From the IMG/VR virus record IMGVR_UViG_3300031087_000513: 64,000 nucleotides of DNA; one strand, written 5' to 3'. The position numbers were made by a program, and so were the translations under genes. Below are positions 46,065-56,330 of the stretch, one piece after another. The stretch is from an uncultured virus (IMG/VR IMGVR_UViG_3300031087_000513) (Duplodnaviria > Heunggongvirae > Uroviricota > Caudoviricetes). Every line of letters starts with the position of its first letter. The stretch's first letter is position 1. The notes below the pieces were generated by a model. That model worked only from the letters and a program-made list of their open reading frames with translations. It was not told the DNA's origin and did no database searches.

Positions 46065-48703
46065 TGACGACACAACCGAAACCCTTAGCCTCAACAACCA
46101 AGAAACTTCTTGTCGCCGCAGGTGTGCTTGTGACAGGTGCTGCACTGTTCCTTTCTCAGAACACCACTACTGTGCAAGCATCTGATGCTGGTAACTTCGT
46201 CACCGCGAAAGATGTTTCAGCAGGGAACACGTTCGCTACTCTCCTCACTACCAGTGGTGACGTGTACAGCCGTGGATGGAACAGTCAAGGTCAGCTTGGT
46301 ATTGAATCAGGCCAGAAAGTCAATGTTTCAAACTGGGAGAAAGTCCCGTTGAAAGAAAAGATTTCCAGCATTGACTCACCGTATGACCACACTGTCGCTT
46401 TGAGTACATCAGGACACATCTTCACATGGGGTCCGAATGATGTTGGCCAGGAAGGTAACGGTTCCACGAATCCTACTTACACCCCTAACCAGGTAACTGC
46501 TGCTGTTCGTTTCCAGCAGATCACCGCTGGAAACAACTTCACCTTAGCCTTAGATAGAGATGGAAAACTTTGGTCTTGGGGTGACAACAGTAAAGGCCAG
46601 CTTGGTGATGGAACAACTACCGCTCACACCACTCCTGACGTAGCAAAAACGGATGAAACGTTTGCATCCATCTATGCAGGTAAAGACTTCGCTATTGCTC
46701 GCACCAACACAGGTGGGTTATACTCTTGGGGTGACAACAGTAAAGGCCAGCTTGGTGATGGAACAACCAACTCACGTAACACCCCTGCGGCTACCGCTGG
46801 TGGTCAGACATGGACCAGTGTTACTACGAACATCCAGTCTCAGTCCGTTCTTGCTATCTCCTCCGCTGGTTACCTGTACTCATGGGGCTCTAACGCGCAC
46901 GGTGAGTTAGGTGTTGGTGTTGATTGGCGAGCACAGCAGGCAGCTGAAAACCAGCGTGTTAAGGATGAGATTGCTCGCATCAAAGCTCAGGATGATGCTC
47001 GTCGTCAGGGTCTCATCAATCAGTGCGTCAATGATGCAGTAGCGGCAGCGGAACAGAAAGCACAGGAGGAAGCTCAGAAAGAGTTTGACCAGCAGCAGAA
47101 AGAGGAGAAAGCTAGGCAGAAGGCTTCACCAAGCCCAAGCCCAACACCAACCGCTTCACCGTCCCCGTCTGGCTCACCCACTCCTTCTGGAACACCGTCC
47201 CCGTCTGAGACTCCTGAACCGACTCCAACTCCCAGTGCAAGCCCCACCCCTAAGCCTGTTAACCCACAGGATTATGTAGCGGATTGTACAACCAAAGTTG
47301 ACGCAACGTTCAAGTACACTGACACCTCCAACATCAAGCCAAAGACCATTACTGAGCCTGCATTGCGCGGTGACAGCAGTGACCCTATCCAGGTGACCGC
47401 TGCTGTACAGTTCAGCAAAGCTGCTTTGGGTTCACAAAACGGTTACGCTGTTGACGTTCTCAACCGTCTATACTCATGGGGTTCAGACGCAAACGGCCAA
47501 ACAGGAATCAACGTTGACGATTCCAAAGCTCACACTCAGGTTCCTGTTCAGATTCTGACTCAGGTAAGTTCTGTCGCTGCTGGTGACAAGTTTGGTGTGG
47601 CAACATCCACAGCAGGTGGCGTGTATGTATGGGGAGCTAACGCTCATGGCGAAACACTTGCTGACCCGAAAACTGAAAAGCAGGTTCTCACTCCTACTCA
47701 GCGTACAGACGGTTACAATACTGTCATCGCAGGTCCAAACACTGTCTACGCTTTCACAGGTAACACAGTACGGGCCTGGGGTGACAACAGTAAAGGCCAG
47801 CTTGGTGCGAACAATAACAGCGCTCAGGTGTTCACCCCTGCTGAACTGACTACCCGTTTGCAAAATCTCGCTCCGTTCAACACAGGAGTCGTGGGTCTTG
47901 ACCTCTCTAACAAGCTTGTCAGTTGGGGTCAGAACCAGGAAGGCGAGTTCGGAACAGGAACTACCAGCAAAGAGACAGTGCGTTCCGTAACGGCCAAAGT
48001 TATTGATACATTCAAAACCACCAAAGCAGGTTACCTATACTCCTTGGCTGTGGATAACACAGGTCAGGTATGGGGTTGGGGCTACGGTGACTCAGGTCTT
48101 CTCGGAGCAAACAACCCAGGAAATAACCTGTATCCTGTTGCTGTCCCAGTTGCATCCAACGTCACGCATATCGCAGCAGGTAAGCTTGTCGCAATTGCAT
48201 CCAATGACAAAAAAGTTGTCATCTGGGGGAGTGGCTTGAATGGTAAAACTCAGCAGTATGACCTCTCCAACATCAACCAGGTTGCAGCAGGAGACAAGCA
48301 TGTTCTTGCTTTGACCAAAGATGGAGACCTTTGGAACTGGGGCGATGAAACAACTGGTGTGAAGAACCAAAAAGAGCAGCGCACTCTTGTAGAAGCTGAC
48401 ACATCCCACACCTACTCATATGTCGCTGCTGGCGCAGGAACAACATTCGGTATCACCACTGAGGGTAAACTCATCGGTTGGGGAGATAACAAAAACAATG
48501 TCTTGCAGTTCACGGACGGGAATGACACCACAAATGTCAACCTTGACTTGAAAACCATTCACTTAGCAGGCACCTATGCTGCTGGTGTGGATAAGAACGG
48601 TGTCGCATGGGCTTGGGGTTTCAACCCATACGGAGTGTTCGGACTCCCATCAGAAAGTAAAGTACCAACTGCTCTGCCATTGACCACCTCGGAAGGAAAC
48701 TAA
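46064..48703 (+). CDS. secreted RCC1/BLIP-II repeat protein with coiled-coil and Pro/Ser/Thr insert
   Basis: many WG.N..GQLG repeats; signal peptide; PSPSPTPT linker. Confidence 0.9.
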   Translation: MTTQPKPLASTTKKLLVAAGVLVTGAALFLSQNTTTVQASDAGNFVTAKDVSAGNTFATLLTTSGDVYSRGWNSQGQLGIESGQKVNVSNWEKVPLKEKISSIDSPYDHTVALSTSGHIFTWGPNDVGQEGNGSTNPTYTPNQVTAAVRFQQITAGNNFTLALDRDGKLWSWGDNSKGQLGDGTTTAHTTPDVAKTDETFASIYAGKDFAIARTNTGGLYSWGDNSKGQLGDGTTNSRNTPAATAGGQTWTSVTTNIQSQSVLAISSAGYLYSWGSNAHGELGVGVDWRAQQAAENQRVKDEIARIKAQDDARRQGLINQCVNDAVAAAEQKAQEEAQKEFDQQQKEEKARQKASPSPSPTPTASPSPSGSPTPSGTPSPSETPEPTPTPSASPTPKPVNPQDYVADCTTKVDATFKYTDTSNIKPKTITEPALRGDSSDPIQVTAAVQFSKAALGSQNGYAVDVLNRLYSWGSDANGQTGINVDDSKAHTQVPVQILTQVSSVAAGDKFGVATSTAGGVYVWGANAHGETLADPKTEKQVLTPTQRTDGYNTVIAGPNTVYAFTGNTVRAWGDNSKGQLGANNNSAQVFTPAELTTRLQNLAPFNTGVVGLDLSNKLVSWGQNQEGEFGTGTTSKETVRSVTAKVIDTFKTTKAGYLYSLAVDNTGQVWGWGYGDSGLLGANNPGNNLYPVAVPVASNVTHIAAGKLVAIASNDKKVVIWGSGLNGKTQQYDLSNINQVAAGDKHVLALTKDGDLWNWGDETTGVKNQKEQRTLVEADTSHTYSYVAAGAGTTFGITTEGKLIGWGDNKNNVLQFTDGNDTTNVNLDLKTIHLAGTYAAGVDKNGVAWAWGFNPYGVFGLPSESKVPTALPLTTSEGN
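46574..47807 (+). repeat. intragenic direct repeats in the RCC1 gene
   Basis: identical 44-mer at 46574 and 46724; 31-nt core again at 47777. Confidence 0.85.
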
Positions 48704-48706
48704 CCC

Positions 48707-49711
48707 ATGCGCGCAGCACAGAGAAGAAGAGCTGTCTTCGTTGTCATCTTAGGTTTCGTAGCAGTAGCTATGGGCGGGCTTATCCTGTTCGTATCATTCA
48801 CAGCAGACCTCATCCCAAACAACCGATTCAACGCAGACAACTACGTTCAATATGGTTTACAGCAGGTAAAAATCACTGCGAATGATGAGAACACTGCAAC
48901 AGGTCTACCTGCGAAAACCATCAGATTCAAGTTCGGCGACAGCACCATTTCAGGAAGAAACGCCTTAGATAGTGGTGGGTTGGAGATTCTTGGGGAAAAC
49001 ATTGAGAAAGAGATTGACAAGTCCCCAGCTATCTACAACATTGAAGGCTCTGGGACCAAAGAATCAAACTTCAACTTCACGTTCCACAGTGTTTCCCCAT
49101 CTGACTATAAGGACCGCACATACCTAAATGCATACAATGCCTTCACTCGTCTTGGTGATAGCACAAACATTGGTGCACTCACCTACGATTCCACAGTGGA
49201 TGAGCAGACAGGTCGCCGCATTGTCAACATTTCAGAAACAGGCAACAACATCACTGGGAGTGACGTTCTTGGGAACAACTGGCAGAACTTACTGAGCGTT
49301 CTGCCAACTGACTCGAACACCACATACAATGTCACGTTCAATACAGGTGAAAATGTAACCGTTCATGGAACGTTCTCCACGAAAGCAGAGCGCGAAGCTC
49401 TCATGAACGTGGATAGCGCAGTATGGAAAAATGCCGCAGGATATGTAGGTATTTCAGGATACACTTCATCTTCTGTGTACAAGATTCAACGTGCAGATGT
49501 ATACCTTTCGCCTGTAAAGGGTAGCAATCAGACAACCCTTGCTTTGACTATTCCAAAAGGCACTGACCGAGGAACATTCCTGAGTACCTTCCAAAGCAAA
49601 GCGTCACAGGACCCTGACCTTGACTACAACTCAGCAATGACTACCACGTTGACTGTTGACGGAGATAAAACGCCGTTCAACATCATCTACCCGTCCAACC
49701 GCGACTGGTGA
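48707..49711 (+). CDS. membrane-anchored extracellular protein
   Basis: N-terminal TM, Asn/Thr-rich; AAGGA RBS. Confidence 0.7.
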   Translation: MRAAQRRRAVFVVILGFVAVAMGGLILFVSFTADLIPNNRFNADNYVQYGLQQVKITANDENTATGLPAKTIRFKFGDSTISGRNALDSGGLEILGENIEKEIDKSPAIYNIEGSGTKESNFNFTFHSVSPSDYKDRTYLNAYNAFTRLGDSTNIGALTYDSTVDEQTGRRIVNISETGNNITGSDVLGNNWQNLLSVLPTDSNTTYNVTFNTGENVTVHGTFSTKAEREALMNVDSAVWKNAAGYVGISGYTSSSVYKIQRADVYLSPVKGSNQTTLALTIPKGTDRGTFLSTFQSKASQDPDLDYNSAMTTTLTVDGDKTPFNIIYPSNRDW

Positions 49712-49743
49712 GAACCAGCACCAACCAAGAAAGAACCATTATC

Positions 49744-50019
49744 ATGAACGTGTGCGAACGAGATTTAGAAAAAGCCAACTGGGAGTACCTTCAAGTTAAC
49801 GGCGACCATTACCGTATGACTGAAATCAACGAGTACCCTGTTACTCAGAAGCGGGTTGTTTATCCAGAGAACTCCCGAAGAAGACTCACTGCGAAAGCTA
49901 TTGAAGGTCGTTATACTGTCATGGACATGAAAGTCAGAGGGACAGGCAATACTTATCTGATTATTGGATGGGAAACAGTTCCTTCGTTAGCTATGGAGCT
50001 GGAAGGCATTCTTTCCTGA
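49744..50019 (+). CDS. hypothetical protein
   Basis: ORF at the end of the operon. Confidence 0.55.
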   Translation: MNVCERDLEKANWEYLQVNGDHYRMTEINEYPVTQKRVVYPENSRRRLTAKAIEGRYTVMDMKVRGTGNTYLIIGWETVPSLAMELEGILS

Positions 50020-50106
50020 TTCTTCGCAGGTTGCAGAAGTGAACAAAGTACGCTATGCTGCTGAAAACAACCAATCTGTTCTCTGTAACCTGCGAAGGAA
50101 AATCCT

Positions 50107-50736
50107 ATGACTGGCACCGTATACACTGGATTCGGCATCCGCATCCAGCTTAATGGTTCTCTCGTTGATGACAGTCATATCAGCTCCAACGCTTTTCATA
50201 CTGCAAGTCGTCGCAAGATGGCAGAGTATGCTCGGATTGTTCCTAAGTCTACAATGAAGATTGGTTCTGGAACCGGGAACGATTACCTACGTCTGATTCC
50301 GTTGAATGATGAGCAGAACACTGCCATCCTCATGATTCTCCTGCCGTTTGCAGGGCATCCTGGTGTCCGTTCTGAAAGCATGGCTGATGTCATTGACCAT
50401 ACTCGTGTCATCCAGCTCGCAACCTCCCCCGCTCCTTACACCACACAGCATGTTGTTCGTATGCCGAGCGGGGCAGTGAAAGCTTTTCCCACGCATATTC
50501 TGCAAGCTCTTCGTGATGATGTTGCGCGTAACGGCGATGTGAATGTGAACAAGTATGCGCAGACGTTTGGATTCGCTGATGCAGCGCACATGCTCAGTAA
50601 CGTCTCATATGAGGTGCCTGAGGAGTTTGCTCGCTTTGCTACCTGGCTGGGTCTGTTCACGCATCAGAGCGCAGTCGAGGCTCTTCGTCCGATGACTGTG
50701 CATGTGAAAGCATCTGAATTTGCCGTGGCAGCCTAA
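50107..50736 (+). CDS. hypothetical protein
   Basis: AAGGA RBS; C-terminal WLGLF.....EALRPM resembles 55551-56327. Confidence 0.65.
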   Translation: MTGTVYTGFGIRIQLNGSLVDDSHISSNAFHTASRRKMAEYARIVPKSTMKIGSGTGNDYLRLIPLNDEQNTAILMILLPFAGHPGVRSESMADVIDHTRVIQLATSPAPYTTQHVVRMPSGAVKAFPTHILQALRDDVARNGDVNVNKYAQTFGFADAAHMLSNVSYEVPEEFARFATWLGLFTHQSAVEALRPMTVHVKASEFAVAA

Positions 50737-50744
50737 GGTCTAAA

Positions 50745-50788
50745 ATTCCTGAGCATGTGTAATTGCACATTTACACATGCTCAGGAAT
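50745..50788. terminator. hairpin terminator
   Basis: attcctgagcatgtgtaa...ttacacatgctcaggaat. Confidence 0.7.
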
Positions 50789-50849
50789 AGCTGTTAAATG
50801 CCTCAATGAGAAGAGAAGCTGCGGTTTTGAGCAGATAGTTACAGATATC

Positions 50850-51248
50850 ATGAATGAACCCCCGAAGCCCTCAGCTTATGAACGAGTGTACTCACAAACA
50901 CCAACGTTTGAAGAAGCGCAAAGTTTTCCAGATCGTATAGGTCTGTACAGCTTGATCGCGCTTTCACTTGGGGCGCTCATTAGCATTGCAGGTTTTCACT
51001 ACATGGGCCAAAGCTTCTCAGGACATGACACTGGCTTTGGTACGTTCGTTAGTTGGTTCAGCGTCATCTATAACCTCCTTGCATTCATTGGAGGTATGGC
51101 TGCAAGCATCTACGGTATCTATCATCCATACAGTCTAAAAACGGGCCAGCCAGTTCATCGTATCTTCTGTCGTATCGCTGTATGGTGGCCGCTCATTGGT
51201 CCTGTTGTTTTCACCGTATTCTGGATTATCTCCTTAGCTTTCAGTTGA
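50850..51248 (+). CDS. membrane protein (3 TM)
   Basis: hydrophobic segments. Confidence 0.6.
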   Translation: MNEPPKPSAYERVYSQTPTFEEAQSFPDRIGLYSLIALSLGALISIAGFHYMGQSFSGHDTGFGTFVSWFSVIYNLLAFIGGMAASIYGIYHPYSLKTGQPVHRIFCRIAVWWPLIGPVVFTVFWIISLAFS

Positions 51249-51300
51249 GCGTTTTTCCTTTCCGATATCTTCCATTACGGAACATGGAAAGTAAACGGGT

Positions 51301-52770
51301 ATGAGAATCTCTGAGGAACGAGCAAGAACGTTCGGTGAAGTACTCACTCCTTCCTGGATGGTTCATGAGATGCTTAAACCTGTTGAAGAAGAGCTTCCAA
51401 AGTTCCGTAGAATTCTTGACTTATGTGCAGGACCAGGAGCCTTCATTAGCTCCATCCTACGGAGACTGCTCAATGACTTAGATCATGCAGAGCTTCTTCC
51501 ATCACTCAGTCGTCTCTACGCAATTGAGCTACTCCCTGATAACTTGGCTGCCTGCAAAGAACAACTGCACGCTATACTTGAAGAGTTTGGCGTGTCAGAT
51601 GAACAAAGGCAGTTAGCTGATGTCATTTTTGAAAAGAACTTGATCCAAAGAGATGTTCTCACTTCGCCAATTACGGAGATGAGGCTCCCTGTATGGGATA
51701 TCGAACTACTTCGAACAGCTCAAGCTCGAGATATAGAAAAAACGTACGTATTACAGCCAGTAACACCTGATTTTTTTGACTACATTATTTCCAACCCTCC
51801 TTATCAGAAAAACATCTCCGGTTCCGATGAAGACAACCGGTTACGGAATCATTCAAAAGCTACCCCTATCTACCAGCATTTCTTCAATCTTATGAAAGAG
51901 CTGAACCCGCGCTTTTTTAGTATCATTATGCCGGCGAAATGGTACACCGGCGGATGGGGTTTAAATGTATGGAGGGAAAGTGTCATTTCGGACAAAAGAA
52001 TCCGAATCTTACATGATTACCGAGATTCAAACATCATCTTCCCTGGAACAGAAGTCAACGGCGGTATCTGCTGGCTGCTGTGGGACCGTGATAGCACTGG
52101 AACCCCTACTGTAAAACAGTTCAACCGGAAAGGTGAACTCTTTGCTGATGAAATCAGACAGCTACAAGTACCTGGTTCAGATTTCTTCATCCGTGACCAT
52201 TACGCTCAAAGCATTTTGGACAAGATTGGCAGTTTCCGATTAGAAGAAGGTAGAAGGTTCTCTTCAATCATCCTTCCCACAACTCCATTCGGCATTGCGT
52301 CAAACTTTGCTGACTATCAAACGGAGTGGAGTGATGAAGCCAATGTGAAGCTGTACTACATCAAGAAGAAAGAGTACTGGATTCGCTCTGACCAGGTGAC
52401 AGCAAACAGTTCACATGTGAAGTCCTGGAAAATCTTCCTATCTCTCAGCTATAATCAGCATTCACCTCAAATCATCAATCAACCCGCAGTATACGGACCA
52501 GGTACTGTATGTACTCATTCATACGTGGCTATTACAGGATTTGAAAGTCAGCAAGAAGCTGAGAACTGTGTGACTTACATGAAGACAAAATTCTTCCGGT
52601 TCTTGGCACATCAGCTCAAAATTAGCCCTATCGCTACAAAACAGGTGTACCGGTTAGCTCCAATACAAGACTGGTCAAAAACTTGGACGGACGAGGAACT
52701 GTACTCCAAATACGGTCTTGATACTCAAGAGCAAGCTCATATTGAGCAGACCATCAGTGCAATGGTCTAA
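51301..52770 (+). CDS. N6-adenine DNA methyltransferase (Eco57I-like), no adjacent endonuclease
   Basis: GEVLTP, ILDLCAGPGAF, IISNPPY, IIMPAKW. Confidence 0.9.
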   Translation: MRISEERARTFGEVLTPSWMVHEMLKPVEEELPKFRRILDLCAGPGAFISSILRRLLNDLDHAELLPSLSRLYAIELLPDNLAACKEQLHAILEEFGVSDEQRQLADVIFEKNLIQRDVLTSPITEMRLPVWDIELLRTAQARDIEKTYVLQPVTPDFFDYIISNPPYQKNISGSDEDNRLRNHSKATPIYQHFFNLMKELNPRFFSIIMPAKWYTGGWGLNVWRESVISDKRIRILHDYRDSNIIFPGTEVNGGICWLLWDRDSTGTPTVKQFNRKGELFADEIRQLQVPGSDFFIRDHYAQSILDKIGSFRLEEGRRFSSIILPTTPFGIASNFADYQTEWSDEANVKLYYIKKKEYWIRSDQVTANSSHVKSWKIFLSLSYNQHSPQIINQPAVYGPGTVCTHSYVAITGFESQQEAENCVTYMKTKFFRFLAHQLKISPIATKQVYRLAPIQDWSKTWTDEELYSKYGLDTQEQAHIEQTISAMV

Positions 52771-52811
52771 CACTCCCGATAATTTCCCTCATACAACCCT
52801 GTAGGAGAAAA

Positions 52812-53270
52812 ATGGTCGCGTTCTTTATCATCGTCAGTATTGCTCTCATTGGAGCTGCTGTCTACGATGCTCGCCATCGTATTCCTGAGGAAGAGTATTG
52901 GGATGAATCAGATACTCATTACTCATTGTGGGATCGCATTCAAGCGAAGCGTTATCCACAGAATGCAACAAGTGTTCTCATCCGTGAGCAAAACCAGCGT
53001 CAACGTGTTCGTCAAGAAGCTCTCATCGGACGCAACCGCCGACGTGATGAGAAACGTAAAGCAGAGTACTCACTCCTGAGAATAGAGCGTCAGGGCTTCA
53101 AGCTTGAGGCTGCGGAGCAGATGCAGAAAAAACGAGAAGACGCGAAAAGAGCATATAAGTTGGCTGTTCGGGAAGCAAAAGAAGAGCGTTTCTGGGTTCA
53201 TGATGCCGCGAAAGAGCGAGAGCAAACTCAACGAGAAAAAGTTGACGAACAACTAAAAACTTTGCTATAA
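52812..53270 (+). CDS. N-terminally anchored coiled-coil protein
   Basis: AGGAG RBS, TM, R/E-rich. Confidence 0.65.
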   Translation: MVAFFIIVSIALIGAAVYDARHRIPEEEYWDESDTHYSLWDRIQAKRYPQNATSVLIREQNQRQRVRQEALIGRNRRRDEKRKAEYSLLRIERQGFKLEAAEQMQKKREDAKRAYKLAVREAKEERFWVHDAAKEREQTQREKVDEQLKTLL

Positions 53271-53307
53271 CGCACCTGTTTGAGGGACAAGGGGTTAGGA
53301 ACTTCAT

Positions 53308-54069
53308 ATGAAAGACTGCCAAGCCAAAAATCCCGAATTTTGCCGGTACCACGGGGCATACCATTTCCCTGCGGAAAAGTTGAGCTATGTTGAGCATGTG
53401 CGAGAATCAGAAAAGCTCAAAATGTTCCTCACCATTGATGAACGTGATGCTGTTCAAGGGTATTTAGAACAGGAATACATGGAACTCAATGCACACTTGC
53501 ATGGAGCTGAGATTAACCCTTCACCTGAGACGCTCAAACGCATCAAAGACTTAGATGCAGCATTAGATAAGTATGAACCGCTGCGACCTCAGAACGTCAT
53601 CACCACGTACCGTGCAACTAAATGCTACCAGTCTTTTACTGATAGAACCGAAGCTCAAAAGTGGATTCGTGAAAACTTCCCTGTGAAAAGCAAGATCAAG
53701 CTTGCTGGGTTCACATCAACAACGCCGAACCCTTCTGCCTTGTTTGATTTCCTACCAGAGTCTCATGCTGACCTGTCTCCAACAATTGGTGGGCCACTTT
53801 TCCCCACGAAGAAAGATTGGGATGAGTACCTTCAAGAAGAACCAGACAGAGGTTTAGGGAACTTAGTCTTCGTTTTGAAAACTCGAGCTGGAGTTCCAGT
53901 TTCTGGTTATGGTCAAGCATTCAGTCAAAAAGAACAAGAGTACCTGTTCCCACGAGACAAAGAGTTTACGGTTGACAGTATTCTTCCATACCGTAAGATA
54001 CTCAACCCTGATGACTCTTCCCGTCGTCAGTCTGCTCATGCCACAGTAATCACATTAAAAGAATCATAA
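53308..54069 (+). CDS. ADP-ribosyltransferase (VIP2/C3-like) with CxxxxxxCRxHG leader
   Basis: TYRA, GFTSTT, EQEYLFPRDKEF. Confidence 0.85.
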   Translation: MKDCQAKNPEFCRYHGAYHFPAEKLSYVEHVRESEKLKMFLTIDERDAVQGYLEQEYMELNAHLHGAEINPSPETLKRIKDLDAALDKYEPLRPQNVITTYRATKCYQSFTDRTEAQKWIRENFPVKSKIKLAGFTSTTPNPSALFDFLPESHADLSPTIGGPLFPTKKDWDEYLQEEPDRGLGNLVFVLKTRAGVPVSGYGQAFSQKEQEYLFPRDKEFTVDSILPYRKILNPDDSSRRQSAHATVITLKES

Positions 54070-54082
54070 GCAAAGGAGCTTC

Positions 54083-54577
54083 ATGATGAGTAAAGACTGC
54101 CAAGCTAAGGACCCGCAGAAGTGCCGTATCCATGGTATCAATGGTCAGCTTCGTCAATTACAAGTACAAGCAAACGACGCTATTGCCGCCAAGGATGAAA
54201 ACAAGTATTTGGAGTCAAGACAACTCATGGAAACGCTTTCTGATGATCCAGGTGTGGATGTATTGGTAGATCATCTTCGTAGTGATAACAAAGGCGTATC
54301 TGCTGTAGCTGAGGAAATGTTAGAAGAACGTGGTTACACTGAATCACAAATCTTGGTGAAAAAGCACTTCATTGAAGAGGACGCAGAAGTCATCAGATGG
54401 CCTGCTACTAGTTGTTATATGGACATCCAGAAACGGTACAGTGTGACATTCCGCAAACAATTCACTCGTGAAGCGTTTAGCCAGTTAGAAGAGTCACAGA
54501 ATACAGAGAAGTTTGTTGATGAACTCCTCAAAGAAGCGAAGAAACTCAAGCAGCGCCACAACATGCAAATTGTGTAA
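54083..54577 (+). CDS. protein with CxxxxxxCRxHG leader
   Basis: KDCQAKDPQKCRIHG nearly identical to the upstream ART N-terminus; AAGGAG RBS. Confidence 0.75.
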   Translation: MMSKDCQAKDPQKCRIHGINGQLRQLQVQANDAIAAKDENKYLESRQLMETLSDDPGVDVLVDHLRSDNKGVSAVAEEMLEERGYTESQILVKKHFIEEDAEVIRWPATSCYMDIQKRYSVTFRKQFTREAFSQLEESQNTEKFVDELLKEAKKLKQRHNMQIV

Positions 54578-54585
54578 CTTATCAC

Positions 54586-54975
54586 TTAGCTGTAGGTAGC
54601 GTACAGCACAGGACCAAGTTTAGCGCCAAACAACTCAGCAAGCTCTTCTAATGTCTTTTGGGTTTCAGGGGAGCTCGCCTTGGTCGCAAGCATGACTGGC
54701 TCCAGGTCCTCTTTTTCTACATCAATCTTAGATGGCTTATCTAAAACGATCAGGAAGTCTTTTGAATAGTCATAGCTTGGGCTATCAACGTACACATTAG
54801 GCAGAAGTTCATATCCACCAAGATAGTCTTTACCGTCGTTCTCCGCGCCATCATAAGACCAGCTCCAGGGCTTGCCCGAAGTTGTTTCAAAATACTCTTT
54901 GAGTGTAGTAAAAACTTCGTCAGTATAATCTACTCTAAAACCATATCCGGCTGTGCCGCTGTAATATAAACCCAT
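54586..54975 (-). CDS. hypothetical protein
   Basis: 129-aa ORF. Confidence 0.6.
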   Translation of the reverse strand: MGLYYSGTAGYGFRVDYTDEVFTTLKEYFETTSGKPWSWSYDGAENDGKDYLGGYELLPNVYVDSPSYDYSKDFLIVLDKPSKIDVEKEDLEPVMLATKASSPETQKTLEELAELFGAKLGPVLYATYS

Positions 54976-55065
54976 AAGCAGATTCTATCACATAGACTTG
55001 ATTTTCTAAGGTTTGAATGGTATGATTGAGTGTTATTTACCGATGAGAGAGTAAGGATTAACACC

Positions 55066-55545
55066 ATGACTGGCAAGCAGGTTATTGTTGCTGAGGGCAA
55101 GTACGGCAACGACTTCTTCGATGCTTCTACTCCTGAGCTGGAAGCTCGTGCGTACAGCATCATCCTCGCTGAGCGCAAGGAGATTGGCTACTTCTACCGT
55201 GAGTACGAGGGCGAAATCACACTGACGGCTGAGCAGCAGGAGATTCTGGACATGACTGATGAGCAGATTGAAGCTCTTCCGTCTTCTCTTCGTGATAACA
55301 CGAAGGAGCGTAAGTCTAAGATTGCTCGTGGGCTTGCCGCAAAGAAGCGTCGTAAGGAGCAGGAGGACCAGTGGTTCAACGCTCTTGACAAGGTTCTCGC
55401 TGTGCCTGCTGAGGAGAGCTACAAGGTGACCACTGAGGGTGTTCCTGGGTTTGAGCATGGCCGTGTTCGTCCGCTTGCAGAGGTTTTGGTTGAGTCCCGA
55501 ACCGATGGGGAGTACGAAAACGTTTACACGGAGAGGCTGCGGTAA
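55066..55545 (+). CDS. hypothetical protein
   Basis: AAGGA RBS before MTGKQ. Confidence 0.65.
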   Translation: MTGKQVIVAEGKYGNDFFDASTPELEARAYSIILAERKEIGYFYREYEGEITLTAEQQEILDMTDEQIEALPSSLRDNTKERKSKIARGLAAKKRRKEQEDQWFNALDKVLAVPAEESYKVTTEGVPGFEHGRVRPLAEVLVESRTDGEYENVYTERLR

Positions 55546-55550
55546 CCACG

Positions 55551-56327
55551 ATGGGAATTCGCATCAGCAAAAGTCTGGGTTGGGGCATTGTCCTGCCTTA
55601 CAACAATGACTTCCATGAACGAGTTGATGAGGCTTTAGAGCAGGACTATGATGATTATGTTCAGTTCCTGAAAGACAAGTACAAAGATGAGTCCGCTGAG
55701 CAGGCTCTTGCGCAGCTTGGTATGCCCCTGTACAACATGGACCGCCTTTCTTTATTCAATGACACCCTCAAGCCGAAGCATCGTTACAAGGATGTTTTTG
55801 ACGCGTACGATGTTGTCACATTGGAAACTGAGTACGTAAACGAGAATAAGGACATGGTTCTCGTGGTTTCACCCTTCTCTGTCGCTTCCGCATGGAAGCG
55901 CTATGATGACTCCATTGATTGGGCAGAAGCTTTTCTGAATATGGAGGATGAGGGGCGTACTGATATCGTCAAGAATACTATCCGCTATCTTCCACATAAT
56001 CAGTATCCATACGATGGCCAGTATATGCACGAGGTTACGGGCAAACCCGTTTCACAGGATGCTCGTATGGTTATGCGCTACGCAAAAGCTGTGCTGGAAT
56101 CCATTGCTGAAAAGGGTCAGTTGGACCATGCAGATACTATCGAGTTCCTTCGCCGTACAGATGTGAAAATTCAGCGTGAAGGTTTCGCTTCATACGAAGA
56201 CCTTAAAGCTCACATGGTTCCTTTTGTTCCTCAGGATGTTCGTGATATCTGCGAATGGTTGGAAATCTTTGAAGATAAAAGAGCAGTTCTTGAATTACGC
56301 CCTATGTTACTCACACACTGGGGATAA
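55551..56327 (+). CDS. hypothetical protein
   Basis: 258-aa ORF. Confidence 0.7.
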   Translation: MGIRISKSLGWGIVLPYNNDFHERVDEALEQDYDDYVQFLKDKYKDESAEQALAQLGMPLYNMDRLSLFNDTLKPKHRYKDVFDAYDVVTLETEYVNENKDMVLVVSPFSVASAWKRYDDSIDWAEAFLNMEDEGRTDIVKNTIRYLPHNQYPYDGQYMHEVTGKPVSQDARMVMRYAKAVLESIAEKGQLDHADTIEFLRRTDVKIQREGFASYEDLKAHMVPFVPQDVRDICEWLEIFEDKRAVLELRPMLLTHWG

Positions 56328-56330
56328 ACT

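Noticed and set aside
46574..47807. Direct repeats resembling a CRISPR array
   Set aside because: They are in-frame RCC1 repeat codons with irregular long spacing, and no cas genes are present.
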